The notes beneath the pieces are model-generated. The model worked only from the letters and a program-made list of their open reading frames with translations. It ran no database searches and was not told where the DNA came from. The position numbers were made by a program, and so were the translations under genes. Shown here one piece after another: positions 52,960 to 61,485 of a stretch of DNA of 64,000 bases; the stretch's first letter is position 1, and each line of letters starts with the position of its first letter. Source of the DNA: a virus; the IMG/VR virus record IMGVR_UViG_3300042691_030495. One strand, 5' to 3'.

Positions 52960-53835
52960 AGTAGATTCAATCCTTCCAATCCTCTTAATCCTTTGATTAG
53001 TTTCTTAATATAGAAAATTCTAGAAAATATTTTTCAACTTATAAAAGTAATAAAGGGATTGAAGGGGATTGGACGGATTGGAGGGATTAAAAACTTACTT
53101 GCGCTATCTTGCTTGGTTGGTATACTACGGAGAAACCGTGGCTATTGGGGATAAATAACTACTTGACAAGTTAGATGGATAGTGTATTGTTAGGAGGGGT
53201 ATTTAATCCCCGTCTTTACTGTCTTTTATGGCAGTATCCTTGGCTTCTTTCCTAGATCCCTTTAGCTTCTTTGGGGTCTGGACTAGGTGAGGAGCCTTCA
53301 GCATAGACTGAAATAACGCTTGGGCTTCTGCCTTGCGTCTGGCTTCATTGGCTCTATCTAGCATGGCTTCAGTATAGCAGTTCTTTATATATAATATAAA
53401 TCAATAATCAATAATCAAAATCAATAAATCAATAGATCAATAGTTATACGAGTTCTGAAGTTGGCTTCGTAATTTTGAAACTTGTAGGGGGATTGATTTA
53501 TTGATTTATTGACTTTGATTTCCGGTTTGAAGTATAGCAGGGGGGTCTGGCATATTGACCTATATTACTTATATTTGCAACAGCAGTAGGCTAGAATCAT
53601 AGAAGGTATTATCAAAAGAAAAAAGATATCTTTTCTTAGAATCTGATAATACTAAAGGGCTAAGTATAACATAGATTCTAGAAAATACTAGGTTATTTTT
53701 TGATAATACCTAGTTAAAATAGTACTTATATACTTATCTTACTATTAGTATATTGCCCGTATAGGAGTTTTTTCCGGGGGTTACTATGCTGAAAGTCCAA
53801 TAAGTGTATAAGTCTATAAGTAGTATTTTCTATGC
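52960..53835. repeat. AT-rich region of inverted short-repeat arrays, putative replication origin
   Basis: (CAATCC)n...(GGATTG)n; (ATCAATA)n...(TATTGAT)n; GTATTATCA/TGATAATAC; TACTTATA/TATAAGT. Confidence 0.6.
53203..53364 (-). CDS. 53-aa basic peptide
   Basis: TATACT + 6 nt + ATG; MLDRANEARRKAEAQALFQSMLKAPHLVQTPKKLKGSRKEAKDTAIKDSKDGD. Confidence 0.55.
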   Translation of the reverse strand: MLDRANEARRKAEAQALFQSMLKAPHLVQTPKKLKGSRKEAKDTAIKDSKDGD

Positions 53836-53914
53836 TAGACTGTAAACTATGGAATTGGACTTGACATTTGCTTTTTTGTTCGAGACTATATAGACTACTA
53901 CAAAGACAGGAGAT

Positions 53915-54196
53915 ATGATGAATGACACTGAAGCTACCGAGGTGTTAAAAGCAATCCATGAAGAGTACCGTGAACGGTATATCAGAGATGGCTACCTTGA
54001 TTTCAATAAAGACATCAACGACCTAATGATGAAAGAGATGAACTACTATCCAGAAAAGTTAGCCTCTTCCGTAACGGTCGAAGGAGTTAAAGTCGGTTGG
54101 TATCAAGACGCCAAAGGATCATTGTATCGATATGACGGAGTCATTTGGGATGTAGTCCCGAAGGACAAGATTTCAGGATTGGAGTACCTAGGTTAA
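53915..54196 (+). CDS. Hypothetical protein
   Basis: AGGAG SD. Confidence 0.6.
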   Translation: MMNDTEATEVLKAIHEEYRERYIRDGYLDFNKDINDLMMKEMNYYPEKLASSVTVEGVKVGWYQDAKGSLYRYDGVIWDVVPKDKISGLEYLG

Positions 54197-54690
54197 TGTC
54201 TGACATTTTTAATTCTTTAAGTTTCTCTGAGGAAGATGTCGAAGCTGTGCTAGATGAGTTCGAAGCTGAGCAAGCTTTGAATGGACAGATCTGTGCTTGC
54301 GGTCATCCAGTTAAACACCATAAGTACAGCAAGATCCTTGGGATTACTCAGTGTAAAGCTGGGAAGCAGCTCTGTAACTGTGCTTATGTGAATCCGGTTC
54401 TTCGAGTATCGAACAGTAGATTCTTTATGAGGAAGTCTACGGGCCATGGGCCTAGACACGCTCTGACTCTGGGAATCCACTCAGTGGTTAGGGAGAATCT
54501 CAATAGGGGTGACGACAATCAGATATCCATGGATTGGATGAACAACCCTGTCTCTTGTGAGAAGTGCAAGGCAACAGACAAGAAGCTGAGCCCAATACTT
54601 TTAACAACCAGTAGGACCAGGTTTGACCTAGACATCGAGCTCAAGGATCGACTGGTCACAGCTCTACTTTGTGGGGAGTGTGCTGGTTAA
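54196..54690 (+). CDS. Cys-rich zinc-binding protein
   Basis: CACGH...H, C...CNC, CEKC...CGEC. Confidence 0.65.
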   Translation: MSDIFNSLSFSEEDVEAVLDEFEAEQALNGQICACGHPVKHHKYSKILGITQCKAGKQLCNCAYVNPVLRVSNSRFFMRKSTGHGPRHALTLGIHSVVRENLNRGDDNQISMDWMNNPVSCEKCKATDKKLSPILLTTSRTRFDLDIELKDRLVTALLCGECAG

Positions 54691-54919
54691 TATGGAAGAG
54701 AAACTAGAGTCGATAGCCAAGGCGATTGAGAGCCATATTGCAATCCTTGTGGACTATGATGTAATTGAGGCTCAAGTTGGAGATACCCTCTCCGAGTATG
54801 TTTGGGCCATTGTTACTGATAATCAAGAGGAGTCAGAGACCCTGGCAACCGTAAGCAAAATAGGAGAGAATAATGAAGTTCACCTTCTGGGACCAACTGG
54901 TTTTAAACCTGACTGGTAG
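54671..54919 (+). CDS. Hypothetical protein
   Basis: Coupled to the upstream gene. Confidence 0.5.
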   Translation: MGSVLVNMEEKLESIAKAIESHIAILVDYDVIEAQVGDTLSEYVWAIVTDNQEESETLATVSKIGENNEVHLLGPTGFKPDW

Positions 54920-55149
54920 ACTACCGCGGAGGACTCAAGCTGAGGTCGACGATCTGATTGCCCTCAAAGAGATGATCTCCAGGGTAACTGAGCTTGAGTA
55001 CAGGTCTAGGTTGCTTGCCGCTGAGAAGCGTAAGGTTGCCAAAACTAAGAGCGACACGCCCAAGCCAACAAAGCCAAAAACTACCAGAAAAAAGAAGGCT
55101 GAATAGCCTCTCTACACAGCTTAAAAAAGATACTGTAGTATGTACTTAA

Positions 55150-55373
55150 GAACACATTTGTACCACAGATGGGTTCAACAAGCTTCGGCGAAGGCGGTCA
55201 AGCTGAAACCGAAGTCGGAGAGTATTCTCCGATGCCTGGCATAGTTGCTAGGTGTAAATGAATACAGGTCTGCAGGAATCTAACGTGTCTCAACTCACGC
55301 TGGGAGAGAGTTCCTAAACTGACCAGAAGTGACCGTTTCGTCTGCTAAGGTAGGCGAGACGGTTTACTTTTTA
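55150..55373 (+). ncRNA. Candidate structured ncRNA (five consecutive stems plus terminator)
   Basis: Back-to-back hairpins with several G-U pairs, ending in a long stem plus T tract; no ORF. Confidence 0.5.
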
Positions 55374-55387
55374 TCTGGGAGTTTTAG

Positions 55388-55633
55388 TTGGCAGAAGACA
55401 TAGTGAAAATAGTTCCACTCGCTGAGGAGATGGGCATAAGTTACAAGACAATATATGTCTGGATCAACGACTGCCGCCTTGAGATGAAGAAGCCTGGGTT
55501 CGTCAGCAGGTCCGAAGCTTGGGAAGTCTTCGACTATATGAGATCGAAACGGTCAGAGATTTCTTACTTCACATCGACTTATGGTATCAACCGAGATGCC
55601 TATGGACGATTCATTTCTGAGCCTAATGAATAA
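55388..55633 (+). CDS. HTH DNA-binding protein
   Basis: LAEEMGISYKTIYVWI. Confidence 0.55.
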   Translation: MAEDIVKIVPLAEEMGISYKTIYVWINDCRLEMKKPGFVSRSEAWEVFDYMRSKRSEISYFTSTYGINRDAYGRFISEPNE

Positions 55634-55683
55634 ACAAAAGTCATAAACAAATCAATAAACAACATTAATGTTAAACTAAATTT

Positions 55684-56352
55684 ATGTGCGAGATATGTAC
55701 AACTGAGATGGCGGAGAGCTATGTAGCTCTTCCCAAGTTTAAGATTACCCCTGAGCAAAAGTTGTTGCTAAAGGGCAAACCTCATACTGGCTTAAATTCA
55801 AAACTAACCCCAGAGCAACTAGAAGATCGTCGACTCTATAAGCGAAGCTACGACAAGCTCTATCGAGAGTGGCGCAGGGCTAACGGCGACAATTATCAAA
55901 AAGAATATCAAAAGATATACAAGAGAAACCACGCTTCAGAGATTCACGAATACATAACTGGGTACCGAAAAAAGAACCCTGAATATGCCTTAAAAGCCAG
56001 TAGAAGAAAGCGAGCTAGAAAAGCTCTAGCTCCATCGCATCACTACACTTCAAAAGACATCCTAAGTATTCATGGGACAGCATGCTATCTATGTGGCAGA
56101 GAAATTGATTTATCAGCCCCACGCTCATCAGGAATTCCTGGCTGGCAGGAGGGCCTACATTTAGATCACGTAATCCCGCTGGCAGCAGGTGGCTCCGACA
56201 CTGTTGAGAATGTTAAACCGACTCATGCACTCTGTAATATGAGAAAGAATTCTGCCATTCCGATTGACATTGGAGATACGGAAATAACGGTTAAGGTACT
56301 ATTTGATCAGATATACGGTCAACCTAAAAAGGGTAGGCCATCAATTGAATAG
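55684..56352 (+). CDS. HNH endonuclease
   Basis: RRKRARK...CYLCG...HLDHVIPLAAGGSDTVENV...HALCNMRK. Confidence 0.88.
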   Translation: MCEICTTEMAESYVALPKFKITPEQKLLLKGKPHTGLNSKLTPEQLEDRRLYKRSYDKLYREWRRANGDNYQKEYQKIYKRNHASEIHEYITGYRKKNPEYALKASRRKRARKALAPSHHYTSKDILSIHGTACYLCGREIDLSAPRSSGIPGWQEGLHLDHVIPLAAGGSDTVENVKPTHALCNMRKNSAIPIDIGDTEITVKVLFDQIYGQPKKGRPSIE

Positions 56353-56532
56353 TCATCCGTTGTTTATGCGGGGGAAAAAGGTAGCTCACACTCTCTCCAC
56401 ACGCAAAAATTCGTCCGGAACTAATCACCAAGTTTTAACGAATGTACAATTGTTAGTTAGGGCGGCCAGGATTTCCGTCCTCTCCCCAGTAGATCCTGGT
56501 CGTCCGCTACTCAAACAGTTGGAGCGTTTAAC

Positions 56533-57582
56533 ATGAGCACTCAGGACCTATCCCCTGAATATCAGATAGATGAACCAATCGACCTTAGGGCCGATCTGGC
56601 CTCTCTTGGAATCGAAGAAGTCGATAAAGGCGTCTGTGAAGACAACTATGAAAACCGTGGTATATTACGGCGCGCTAAACTCAACTGGGATCCAGTCTTC
56701 TCAACGAACGGCGTGCCTACAGGACTAATAAGGGCCCGATCAAAAGAGACCACCAAGGAACGCCGCCTCCTATCCCTAGCGGAGAAGCGTCCACTACTTG
56801 TCAACCAATCGGATAACAACTCAGATTTCTTAACCGGCCTGGACCTCTTAGCGGAATCCGCCTCGGATTATTTAGTACCGCCTTGGGTTGTGCATTCTAC
56901 CAGGTTATACTTGAAAGAGCAAGAGGACGGTGGACCAAAATCCGCTAAACGCCAGCCGCTCTGCCAGCCCCACCGTTGCCGCCAGATCAAAGATGACGGT
57001 ATCCGCTGTATGCTCTGGGCATCGGGACGTCCAAAGGATGACGGTCTCTGCCGGATACATTTGCGCAGTGTTAAAAAGTTAACCTCGGATGACATTGAAC
57101 GGGCGCGCACTAAGTTGATGCAAGCCGCCCCGTATGCCGTCGACAAACTTGAGGAGCTTATGGAGTTCGCTGAGAGCGAACCGGTAATGCTCAAAGCCGC
57201 AACCGAGATCCTTGACCGAGCCGGCGTGCGCGGAGGTATAGAGATTGACTCGAACGTTAATATCGACGTCCGGCCTGCAGCGGAAGTAATCAACGAACGT
57301 CTCAACCGGCTTGCCGCAGGAGCCATTCATGCAGCGGCCCGCTTATCTCAGGAAGGTATGGACGTCGTTGACGCTGAGGTTGTAGTTGAGGGTGAAGATA
57401 CCGGATCCAAAACTTTTAACGAATCATTGGACGGCCCGGTAGACGTAACGACCGGATCTGAAGATAACGGATCTATAACGTTTAACGAATCATTAAAAGA
57501 TGACCTGGATCCAACGGAATCCACAGTCCACGGTCCACAGTCCACAGAAGAACGGCCTGCTCTACCTAAGGAAGAGAAATAA
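56533..57582 (+). CDS. Putative terminase small subunit-like protein
   Basis: C...DG.RC...C.IH module followed by AAPYAVDKLEEL...ESEPV.LKAATEILDRAG, a helical pattern seen in TerS-like proteins. Inference only. Confidence 0.45.
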   Translation: MSTQDLSPEYQIDEPIDLRADLASLGIEEVDKGVCEDNYENRGILRRAKLNWDPVFSTNGVPTGLIRARSKETTKERRLLSLAEKRPLLVNQSDNNSDFLTGLDLLAESASDYLVPPWVVHSTRLYLKEQEDGGPKSAKRQPLCQPHRCRQIKDDGIRCMLWASGRPKDDGLCRIHLRSVKKLTSDDIERARTKLMQAAPYAVDKLEELMEFAESEPVMLKAATEILDRAGVRGGIEIDSNVNIDVRPAAEVINERLNRLAAGAIHAAARLSQEGMDVVDAEVVVEGEDTGSKTFNESLDGPVDVTTGSEDNGSITFNESLKDDLDPTESTVHGPQSTEERPALPKEEK

Positions 57583-57920
57583 TGAATAACCTAAACGGTA
57601 ACCCGGATCCAACCTTTGCACGGATCATTGAAGCGGCCCGCACCCATTACGAGAACCTCAAAGCGGACATCCCAAACGCCTCTAACCGGATAGAGTACAT
57701 ACGTCTGACGACCTTAGCTCAGGAAGCATATACTCTTTTAACGAATCTTGAATTGTTCGAGCTCGGTCTCGTCTACGCACGGGTAGCTAATCTAGACGCC
57801 CAGTCAATGGAGCGTTACATGGAAATAATCGCGTCTCGCAAATCTGACGGATCCGAGATCCCGTTGGATCTACCAGAGTTTAAAAGTCCGTTTACACCAC
57901 CACCGTCCACAATGCAGTAG
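57582..57920 (+). CDS. Hypothetical protein
   Basis: TAATG coupling to the upstream gene. Confidence 0.6.
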   Translation: MNNLNGNPDPTFARIIEAARTHYENLKADIPNASNRIEYIRLTTLAQEAYTLLTNLELFELGLVYARVANLDAQSMERYMEIIASRKSDGSEIPLDLPEFKSPFTPPPSTMQ

Positions 57921-57929
57921 ACTTCTCCC

Positions 57930-58802
57930 ATGAGGTTTAAAAAGACGCAAGGACCTGGACCACACGTAGAGCTGTTCATATCCACAGCACAGAAGTACTT
58001 GGGGTATACTTCAGAGATCCTCGGCCGTAATATGTTTGGTCAAAAGGTTGGTTACGACGCCGGCCCATGGAGTGGCGCGTTCATTGATGTTGTTGCCCGG
58101 GAGTCCCTGGTGAACATTCCATCATTCGTTTATTCAGCTGCCGGTCTGGCGGAATGCATTCGTAGTGGCGCGATCTCGCGAGCGCCGCGGCCTGGTGACA
58201 TAGCGATCTTTAACTTTTCATCAATGAGCGGACATGAGCCGGATCCCTTCGGCCCGCCCCATTGCGGGATCGTTACTGACGTCCAAGAATTCACGAAGAG
58301 CGGCCGGTTTGTAACGGTTGAGGGAAACACTGAAGGTGGATCCAAACATTTAACGAAGGACGGCGTGCACCAAAAGATCCGCCACGTAACGGACGTTGTA
58401 ATCTTCTGCAGGCCCGCCTTCACTAACGGGAAGATCCGATCCAGGAAGACTTTTTACGAACGGTTCATGGATCTGTTCGATGCGGCCCGCACTCGTATAA
58501 CGGTTGCTGAACTGGAGGAGATCCGGATAGCGGCGAGCGCGCCTTCAGTATTAAAGTTAAACGGAGAGATCCGCCACGGGGATCGGAACAAACGGATCGA
58601 GACGATCCAGCTAGCGCTCGCAACGGTAACGGACCTCAGGGGCTGTGAACCAGGGAAGTGGGATGCCATCACGGCTGCGGCCTGCTCGCGCTTTCAACGA
58701 AACATTGGACGAACCGGATCTGATGTTACGGGTCTTCCGGATCCGGGTACTTTAAAACGTTTGTCAAAAGTTAGCCGCGTTTTCAAACTTGAATCCGAGT
58801 AG
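57930..58802 (+). CDS. CHAP-like domain + peptidoglycan-binding domain protein
   Basis: PRPGDIAIF, HCGIV, TVEGNT. The usual catalytic Cys (PWC) is Ser (PWSGAF). C-terminal PG-binding-like helices. Confidence 0.75.
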   Translation: MRFKKTQGPGPHVELFISTAQKYLGYTSEILGRNMFGQKVGYDAGPWSGAFIDVVARESLVNIPSFVYSAAGLAECIRSGAISRAPRPGDIAIFNFSSMSGHEPDPFGPPHCGIVTDVQEFTKSGRFVTVEGNTEGGSKHLTKDGVHQKIRHVTDVVIFCRPAFTNGKIRSRKTFYERFMDLFDAARTRITVAELEEIRIAASAPSVLKLNGEIRHGDRNKRIETIQLALATVTDLRGCEPGKWDAITAAACSRFQRNIGRTGSDVTGLPDPGTLKRLSKVSRVFKLESE

Positions 58803-58847
58803 TTCTTGTGCTAGACTTCGATGGTCTATAGAAAGGACGTTAAAAAC

Positions 58848-59189
58848 ATGAACAAAGCAGTAATTGAGTCCTACCTCAGGAACCTCCTTGGCCAGGTTGC
58901 TGGAGCAGTCATGATTGTTACCCAGACATCAGGAATTCTGAATCCAATCGACTTCGGTACCAGTGAGTGGCTCCTCGTGGCCAACGCCTTGTGGGCGTCC
59001 CTCATCCCAGTAATCCTACGTTGGGTCAACAAGGCCGACCCAGCATTCGGCGCGGTTGCAGAAGTTGCAGCCAAGGAAATCACAAAGAAGATCTCTTCAG
59101 CGGCAAGCTCAGCAAAGAAGAAACCTGCTGCTAAGAAGCCAGCAGCAAAGAAGCCAGCAGCAAAGAAGCCGGCAGCAAAAAAGAGATAA
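58848..59189 (+). CDS. Holin-like membrane protein with histone-H1-like (KKPAA)n tail
   Basis: IESYLR...ALWASLIPVILRWVNKADPAFG; KKPAA four times. Confidence 0.65.
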   Translation: MNKAVIESYLRNLLGQVAGAVMIVTQTSGILNPIDFGTSEWLLVANALWASLIPVILRWVNKADPAFGAVAEVAAKEITKKISSAASSAKKKPAAKKPAAKKPAAKKPAAKKR

Positions 59190-59204
59190 CTTTTAACGAA
59201 TCAT

Positions 59205-59250
59205 AAGAAGCCGGCCCGGTTCAATGTAACCTCGGCCGGTTTTCTTTTTT
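59205..59250 (+). terminator. Intrinsic terminator
   Basis: GCCGGCC...GGCCGGT followed by TTTCTTTTTT. Confidence 0.7.
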
Positions 59251-59261
59251 CTAAAATAGAC

Positions 59262-59290
59262 TTGACAAATAAAAAACGGCATGCTAGTGT
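59262..59290 (+). promoter_or_regulatory. SigA-type promoter
   Basis: TTGACA-17 bp-TAGTGT with TG extension. Confidence 0.7.
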
Positions 59291-59319
59291 TTCAAAACAG
59301 CTAACAGAAAGGACTGAAC

Positions 59320-59598
59320 ATGCAGTCAAAATACATCAAGATGTTATCGGATGAGCAGAGAATTTGCAGGGCCTGCGGATATGAACGTTCACCAAATGCC
59401 GGCCCGTCGGATGACTTGCAGTATTTTAAACAAGGACCGTACCACCCGTCATGTCATGAAGAGGTTGAGCAGCTGATCAAAACTTTTAACGAAAGCGGCG
59501 TGCCCCGTGAAAAAGCGATCGAGATATTTAAGCGCCTCGGTATTAATTTAGAACTGCTCAGTGTCAACGGAGTGTCTGCTAAGAACTTGACAAAATAG
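59320..59598 (+). CDS. Hypothetical zinc-binding protein
   Basis: CRAC...HPSC; GAAAGGA SD. Confidence 0.6.
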   Translation: MQSKYIKMLSDEQRICRACGYERSPNAGPSDDLQYFKQGPYHPSCHEEVEQLIKTFNESGVPREKAIEIFKRLGINLELLSVNGVSAKNLTK

Positions 59599-59615
59599 TA
59601 ACGGCTTGCTATAGT
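59587..59615 (+). promoter_or_regulatory. SigA-type promoter
   Basis: TTGACA-17 bp-TATAGT with TG extension. Confidence 0.75.
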
Positions 59616-59622
59616 CAATGCT

Positions 59623-59724
59623 ATGGATGAAAAGTGCGAGCTCTGCGGAGCAACGGGTAAGGGAACATCGGCGTGGGGCGGTTGGTGCCACGACTGCGAC
59701 AATCAAATGTCGGAAGCGGTTTGA
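59623..59724 (+). CDS. 33-aa leaderless zinc-ribbon peptide
   Basis: MDEKCELCGATGKGTSAWGGWCHDCDNQMSEAV; ATG 7 nt after the -10 box. Confidence 0.55.
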   Translation: MDEKCELCGATGKGTSAWGGWCHDCDNQMSEAV

Positions 59725-60080
59725 GTAACGGCGTGCACTGGATTTGTTCGCGCGCCAACAGTTACGGTATCGGCGTGCGCCGTTTGCCACGGAGTACCTG
59801 CACCTGCGGTGAGTACTGGATGTTCTACTGCGAGGACTGCGGAGAGTGCACACATTGCATCGGTGAGTACTACATGGTCGAGGACGAGGTTTGGTATTCC
59901 GCGATCAGCGCACGGAGCAAACCCGACATGCTTTGCGTTGGGTGCCTGGAAACTCGCATCGGTCGACTTTTAACGAAAGATGATTTTAGTGACGCCCCGT
60001 TGAATTCGCTGCCATTCTGGACTAGGTCCGAGAGATTGAAATCTAGATTGAATTCGACCGGGCCTACTTTTCACGAATGA
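59721..60080 (+). CDS. Cys-rich phage protein
   Basis: CEDCG...EYYMV.DEVW...LCVGCLE.RIGR.L...DF; start uncertain. Confidence 0.65.
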   Translation: MSNGVHWICSRANSYGIGVRRLPRSTCTCGEYWMFYCEDCGECTHCIGEYYMVEDEVWYSAISARSKPDMLCVGCLETRIGRLLTKDDFSDAPLNSLPFWTRSERLKSRLNSTGPTFHE

Positions 60081-60194
60081 TCGATTGTGCTCCGCGAGGA
60101 GGGGTTCCAAAACTTTTTAAAAAAATCTTCCCTTTTTCCCTTTTGTTTTTGAAAACTATGGTATAGTTCAAATACCAAATAGAGAGGGGAAGTC

Positions 60195-60350
60195 ATGGAC
60201 TTCTATGGAAACCCAGAAATCAAAAAGGCCTATCAGGCTGGCTTCAATGATGGACTCCAATGTGGCGTAGATAACGCACGAGAGTTCGAATACATAAATG
60301 AAGAGCAGGCAGAAGAACTTCTGACTGAACTAGTGAAAGAGGAAAACTAA
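60195..60350 (+). CDS. Hypothetical 51-aa protein
   Basis: GAGGGG SD; TAATG overlap with the next gene. Confidence 0.55.
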   Translation: MDFYGNPEIKKAYQAGFNDGLQCGVDNAREFEYINEEQAEELLTELVKEEN

Positions 60351-60811
60351 TGGGGCTAGACATGTATCTTGAGGCGAGGAAGTTTGTCTCGTCATACTCT
60401 GACGCCGAGACTTACCAGAACCTGAAAAAGCAAATGGCGCTCGCGGACGGAGACCTGCCGCACAGCAACTTCGGCACGCTCAGTCTTGAGGTTATGTATT
60501 GGCGGAAAGTAAACGCCGTCCATGATTGGTTTGTTCGTGAGGTTCAGAACGGCGAGGATGACTGTAAGACGTATCACGTCAGCAAGGAAAAGCTTGCCGA
60601 ACTCGTGGACATCTGCAAGCGGATTGTCGATAAACAAGACCCGACGGTTGCTGCGGATTTACTCCCATCGGCGAGCGGGTTCTTCTTTGGGTCAACGGAC
60701 TATGATGAGTATTACTACGAAGGCCTGCTTTGGACTATCGAGGGGATTGAACGGATACTGAATAATCCGGCCTATGACGGCATGGACTTCTACTACCAAG
60801 CCAGTTGGTGA
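60350..60811 (+). CDS. Conserved phage protein
   Basis: MGLDMYL...YWRK.NA.HDWFV...LLP..SGFFFGS..YDEYY...YQASW. Confidence 0.75.
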   Translation: MGLDMYLEARKFVSSYSDAETYQNLKKQMALADGDLPHSNFGTLSLEVMYWRKVNAVHDWFVREVQNGEDDCKTYHVSKEKLAELVDICKRIVDKQDPTVAADLLPSASGFFFGSTDYDEYYYEGLLWTIEGIERILNNPAYDGMDFYYQASW

Positions 60812-60994
60812 AACCTGACGGTTGGCTTGCTGGTTCGTGAAAAGTTCACCAGCAGCAGCTGACGGCATGGATCGTAAGTCCTGGTGCAGCGGCTTGCTGT
60901 TTCGTGAAAAGTTCAGCACAGTTGACGGGGATCCAAACTTTTAACCAACGGTGAAGCTATATGTATACCCAAATCACCATGCGGCGAGCGCGGT

Positions 60995-61318
60995 ATGCTA
61001 TGTTTCATGCGTTCATTAGAGTTACACGTAATCGAGACGGCAAGCGACGTTGACGACGCCGTTACCGCTGGTGTACTCCTACCCGAGAGCCTGGTAGAGA
61101 CAGAGTGCTCTGACTGCTCTGAAGGGGTTGGTTACAGCGGACTCGACGAATTCGCGCCGTTCTCAGTGGTGATCGACGAGAATGATAGAGATTGGATTCT
61201 CTGCAGCGAATGCGCATCTCCAGTGGTTGACGGGGGATGGAGACAAGCCACACATATGCCTGAGACGTACTCTAAAGGGAATATCTATGAGCCTGATGAG
61301 GACCTAGACTTCTACTGA
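60995..61318 (+). CDS. Zinc-binding hypothetical protein
   Basis: CSDC...CSEC; probable leaderless start at 61007. Confidence 0.55.
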   Translation: MLCFMRSLELHVIETASDVDDAVTAGVLLPESLVETECSDCSEGVGYSGLDEFAPFSVVIDENDRDWILCSECASPVVDGGWRQATHMPETYSKGNIYEPDEDLDFY

Positions 61319-61403
61319 TCCATTTTGACTTCAGCCCAGGCTGAGCCAAACTTTCCACGATCGTGGGGCAAAAAAGAATTTGAAAAACTTTTAACGAATA
61401 CGC

Positions 61404-61433
61404 TTGCGTTTTGTCAGCCAATCGTGCTATCGT
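61404..61433 (+). promoter_or_regulatory. Probable early promoter
   Basis: TTGCGT-18 bp-TATCGT with TG extension; AACTTTTAACGAA just upstream. Confidence 0.5.
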
Positions 61434-61485
61434 TCTTTTGTTGGCAAAAGCCAACGATAAGGACACAAAACGAAAGGGTATCAAA

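Noticed and set aside
53203-53364. ArfA-like ribosome rescue factor (KKLKGS)
   Set aside because: Only a short basic motif resembles ArfA, which is not enough for an assignment.
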